This document shows positions 60,613-64,000 of a stretch of DNA of 64,000 nucleotides, piece by piece; within the stretch, counting starts at the first letter, position 1; each line of letters opens with the position of its first letter. The notes below the pieces were generated by a model, which did no database searches, was not told the DNA's origin, and saw only the letters and a program-made list of their open reading frames with translations. This DNA is from Candidatus Bathyarchaeia archaeon. GTDB lineage: Archaea > Thermoproteota > Bathyarchaeia > Bathyarchaeales > Bathycorpusculaceae. The stretch is from NCBI GenBank assembly GCA_049512075.1, contig JBEKXL010000001.1:32001-96000 (forward strand), given 5' to 3'. The translations under genes were made by a program, and so were the position numbers.

Positions 60613-61790
60613 CAGTATTCAGCTCTTAAGACTTCAGCTATGTGCATCCTCATAGCGTTTACCGCAGGGATTATTCCGCCGAGGCAGCAGATGCCCACGA
60701 TGGCCGTGAACATTTCCAGCATGTAGACTGGCGGAACGATTTCCAGCACGCTGGGAAAGAACAGGGTCACAGGAATGCTAGTGTAGAAACTTGCTAACAT
60801 GAGGGCTGTCAGCGAGCCGAAGGCTACCCCGATTATGCCGCCGAGGACACCTATGAGGAGGGTCTCGATGACTACTACTCTGAATATATAGCTCATCGGC
60901 GCTCCAATCGCGTCCAATGTTGCGAAGTCACGACGCCTCTCTGACACGCTCATGACAGTGACTGTCATGACGAGTATCAGGCTCATGACAAAGACTACCG
61001 CTTCAATGCCTAATGTCCAAGTCTGCACCTGATCTAGGACGGGTTGGACGATGTCGTTTCTTTCAGTTTCTGTCAAGGCGCTGACGTAGCCTATTCGCTG
61101 CTTTATGGCCGTGGTCAGGTTTTGCTGTGCTATGTTTTGAAGCGGTTTTACCGCGATTATGTTTACGCTCTGCGGATAATTGTAGATGGTCTGCGCCAGT
61201 GTGAGGGGCATGACTAGGCAGCGGTTCAGCAAGGCCATTTTCGTGTCGAAGACGCCTGAAACATGCAGGGTGTAGCCGTTTACTCGGATGTCTATGCCCA
61301 CGGTCCAGTTGTACTGGTCAGCGATAGAGGCGCCTGCAACGATTTCGTTGCTCGAATCATTTGCTGGAAAATGGCCACTCGGCCTCAGTGGTATGGGTCC
61401 GAGGACGAGCCCCCAATCGTCAACTGGTATGCCCATCGTGAAGTTCACTGGGACTGCCTGAACCATTCCCTGTGATCCGACAGACGTAACGAAGAGGACC
61501 GGAGTCACAGTGGCCACCCCTGAGATGTTCACTAGTTCTTTCACTGTGGAATCTTCAGGCAGCATACCCCCGCTGATAGGTATTGCCTGAACTACAATGG
61601 CGTCCTTGCTTACCACGGTTACTTGACCGTTGAAGAGCACGTTCATTTCCCGTATCACCGTTGCATACCGCATGGTGGTGGCGCCGACGGCGATGACGAA
61701 AGTTGCTGCGATTGCCACTCCCAGAATGCACAGGAATGTTCTGATTTTTCTGCGGAAAAGGTTTCTGAAGCAGAATGTCAGCAGTCGCGT
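60612..61790 (-). CDS. MacB/FtsX-type ABC permease; probable ACG start
   Basis: (M)RLLTFCFRNLFRRKIRTFL..LGVAI, SVSERRRDFATL.AIGA and PA..A.......LR.E motifs. Confidence 0.9.
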   Translation of the reverse strand, partial: TRLLTFCFRNLFRRKIRTFLCILGVAIAATFVIAVGATTMRYATVIREMNVLFNGQVTVVSKDAIVVQAIPISGGMLPEDSTVKELVNISGVATVTPVLFVTSVGSQGMVQAVPVNFTMGIPVDDWGLVLGPIPLRPSGHFPANDSSNEIVAGASIADQYNWTVGIDIRVNGYTLHVSGVFDTKMALLNRCLVMPLTLAQTIYNYPQSVNIIAVKPLQNIAQQNLTTAIKQRIGYVSALTETERNDIVQPVLDQVQTWTLGIEAVVFVMSLILVMTVTVMSVSERRRDFATLDAIGAPMSYIFRVVVIETLLIGVLGGIIGVAFGSLTALMLASFYTSIPVTLFFPSVLEIVPPVYMLEMFTAIVGICCLGGIIPAVNAMRMHIAEVLRAEY

Positions 61791-61888
61791 TCGCGATCCC
61801 TCTTGGCGCTTAGTCTTACGTGAAAACTATTTAAGCATTGGCAACCTATGATCATAAGGGCAGTGTCAATTCTTACGGAGAAAGGAAG

Positions 61889-64000
61889 ATGAAAACTACG
61901 AGACTTTTAAGTCTGTCCGTAGCATTTCTCCTGTTGGTTTCACCTTTCATGACTATGAGCAGACCCTACGTGACCGCTCAAACACCTGGAGCGACTTTGA
62001 CCGGCAACATTCTTGATCATGGTGCAGACGCCAACGGCAACGGCCTATACGATTATTTGGAAGTCGATGTGGAAGTCAATGTAACCGTCGCAGGAAACTT
62101 TATGTTATCAACCGGCACGCTTATGGATCAGTTCGGCAACATTATCCCTGTCTCTAACAATAGTCAAGGCTTCCTCAACGCGGGCATTCAATATTTGAAC
62201 GTATCCTTGTTCGGGCCTACGATTTTCAGCTATCAACTGAACCCTGAGAAAATCTATGAGATTTCTCTTTACACCGAAAACTACACATGGCAAGGCATTT
62301 ACAATGTGACCTTGTCGCGGATTTACAACTATACTGAATTTGATTCTCGTGCATTCTGGACTGGAAAGGTTTCGGATCGAGGTGTTGACACTGACGGTGA
62401 CGGGCTGTTCAACTATCTTGAAGTCGGAATAGAATTCAATGTCACAGAAGCGGGACAATATATGTTAGATGCCGCGGGGTTGATGGAGAAAAACGGATTC
62501 ATGATGAACTATTTGTATGAGTCCCACTATGAAACGAAAACCTTCAGCCCGGGCATTTACACGTTCGACATGAATTTCTCAGGTTCACAAATCGCTTCTG
62601 AACGTATCAACCCGACGCATGTAAATTACTTGAGCATATACGATCTGACAAACATTGTTGTGCTGAGTCAGCTTGATTCTGCCCCTCTTTCAAAGAGATA
62701 TGACTACACGCTTTTCAATGCGCCTTCAAGAGATATTCAAGTCAACTTCCAAGTCTACCCAAACGCCACGATTGCGGTGGCCGGGGCGCTCAATTATACA
62801 CACATGTATCCAGAGAACACTTACTATCCTGAAATGAATGCTTCAGTGGGTTTTTCAACAAATGGAAACATGACGACTGAGACTTCCAACGGCACTTTCT
62901 TCTTTCCCGAAGACACCTACAAAGGCTACAACACGATCGAAGCCCATTCACTCTTTACCTATAAGAACGGGTTTGAGAACAACACCATCACTGCTTCAGC
63001 AATATTGCCTCCGGAAGAAACACAGTTTTATCCGTACAATGCGACTGATGTAGGCCTCAACGCCTCATACGCCGGCGGCTTTTTCGACGTGGCCATCAAC
63101 GGGCAGACGGTAATACCCACGCCCGCCTACAGTGCTGCGTACAGCACTCTTTTTCCGTTTAACATGTCAGACGCCACCGTGCGCGCAGAATTCGACGGGA
63201 CGACATTGCAGGGAAACATCACATTCCACGTGATTCCAGGTTTCCCGCTCACCGACGTAACGGTTTACTTCAGCGGCAACAGAAGCAGCCTCAACCTAAT
63301 GGGTAACGTAAACGTCACGTACTCGAACTATGGCGACTTTCAGGTAAATCAAACAACGCTTGACCAGAAACTCGCTGACTTGAGTGCCAACTTCACTGGA
63401 GGGGGGCCAAGCTCGCTTTACAACGAGAGTGGGGGTTGCCTAGAATGCACTAATCTGAACGTCACGAAGACGCCATGGTCAGGGTCGACGTTGGGCGCAG
63501 ACGTCATGTACAGTGCCACGGTCGTCGGCAATTTCACAGGGGCCTTGGCTCGTATGATGTTTCCGGCGGGATCTCCGGATGATCAGGTGCAGCAGTTTGC
63601 ATACGCATCCTTGGAGTCGGCGGGTTCCTCGGTCAAAAACGCGTCCTTGGTACTCAGTTACTATCATGAAACAGGCTTAGCACAAATAGACTTGCATTTG
63701 ACCTGCGACGTGCAGGGCCTGTGCAGCAGCCTCCTCTTGCTGGCGCCGCCAGCGATACCATCTTACTGGTCCTCAGAGGAGAAGCAAATCGAAGCTTTGT
63801 TCAAGGTTGCAAACGCGACATCCTATGCGTTGACAGGCGCAGGCGTGAAAGCCTCATATTCGAGCGCTGAGAGAAAAACGACTCTTGACGCCTGGCTCAG
63901 GGGCAACGATAGACAGCTTAAGAACGACCTCATTCCAGTTCTGCCTGACTTAGTACCACCGAACATGCACGACCTCATCGCATCTTACTTCAACACTACC
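61889..64000 (+). CDS. Large secreted/cell-surface glycoprotein, runs off the window
   Basis: ATG 61889, signal peptide MKTTRLLSLSVAFLLLV, two D.G.D.[DN]G.GL..YLEV repeats, many N-x-S/T sequons; no stop seen. Confidence 0.8.
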   Translation, partial: MKTTRLLSLSVAFLLLVSPFMTMSRPYVTAQTPGATLTGNILDHGADANGNGLYDYLEVDVEVNVTVAGNFMLSTGTLMDQFGNIIPVSNNSQGFLNAGIQYLNVSLFGPTIFSYQLNPEKIYEISLYTENYTWQGIYNVTLSRIYNYTEFDSRAFWTGKVSDRGVDTDGDGLFNYLEVGIEFNVTEAGQYMLDAAGLMEKNGFMMNYLYESHYETKTFSPGIYTFDMNFSGSQIASERINPTHVNYLSIYDLTNIVVLSQLDSAPLSKRYDYTLFNAPSRDIQVNFQVYPNATIAVAGALNYTHMYPENTYYPEMNASVGFSTNGNMTTETSNGTFFFPEDTYKGYNTIEAHSLFTYKNGFENNTITASAILPPEETQFYPYNATDVGLNASYAGGFFDVAINGQTVIPTPAYSAAYSTLFPFNMSDATVRAEFDGTTLQGNITFHVIPGFPLTDVTVYFSGNRSSLNLMGNVNVTYSNYGDFQVNQTTLDQKLADLSANFTGGGPSSLYNESGGCLECTNLNVTKTPWSGSTLGADVMYSATVVGNFTGALARMMFPAGSPDDQVQQFAYASLESAGSSVKNASLVLSYYHETGLAQIDLHLTCDVQGLCSSLLLLAPPAIPSYWSSEEKQIEALFKVANATSYALTGAGVKASYSSAERKTTLDAWLRGNDRQLKNDLIPVLPDLVPPNMHDLIASYFNTT

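Noticed and set aside
1-64000. CRISPR arrays, tRNA/rRNA genes, IS elements, integrases
   Set aside because: No spaced direct repeats, cloverleaf-like sequence or transposase/integrase motifs were seen by eye; a tRNAscan/Infernal run would be needed to exclude small RNAs.

Overview
Archaeal chromosomal window, most likely Bathyarchaeia (inferred from an archaeal histone, S17e/S25e, HdrABC and frequent TTG/GTG starts). No rRNA, tRNA, CRISPR array or transposase was seen. About 1-17 kb is core and energy genes: rps17e, tatD, histone, rps25e, an ArcE-like arginine synthetase, a trpY/trpB2/SerK-like unit with TGTACA boxes, and hdrACB plus acyl-CoA dehydrogenase facing etfBA. About 17-57 kb is a large, partly decaying amino-acid/peptide catabolic island. 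It holds a Xaa-Pro peptidase, DUF917, five M29/NicX-like metalloenzyme genes or remnants, two nitroreductase-DUF6092-racemase modules, an Opp ABC importer and a protein O-mannosylation trio. It also holds a hydroxyproline block (2-Cys proline racemase, AcnX, glycyl-radical HypD plus activase, OCD/mu-crystallin reductase), followed by an FAD oxidoreductase and korABC. The window ends with two ABC exporters and a secreted DxDxDG-repeat protein. The most unusual sequence-level signal is four unrelated genes whose family-typical first Met is an ACG codon placed 7-9 nt after a Shine-Dalgarno motif. All product calls come from motif recognition by eye; no searches were run.
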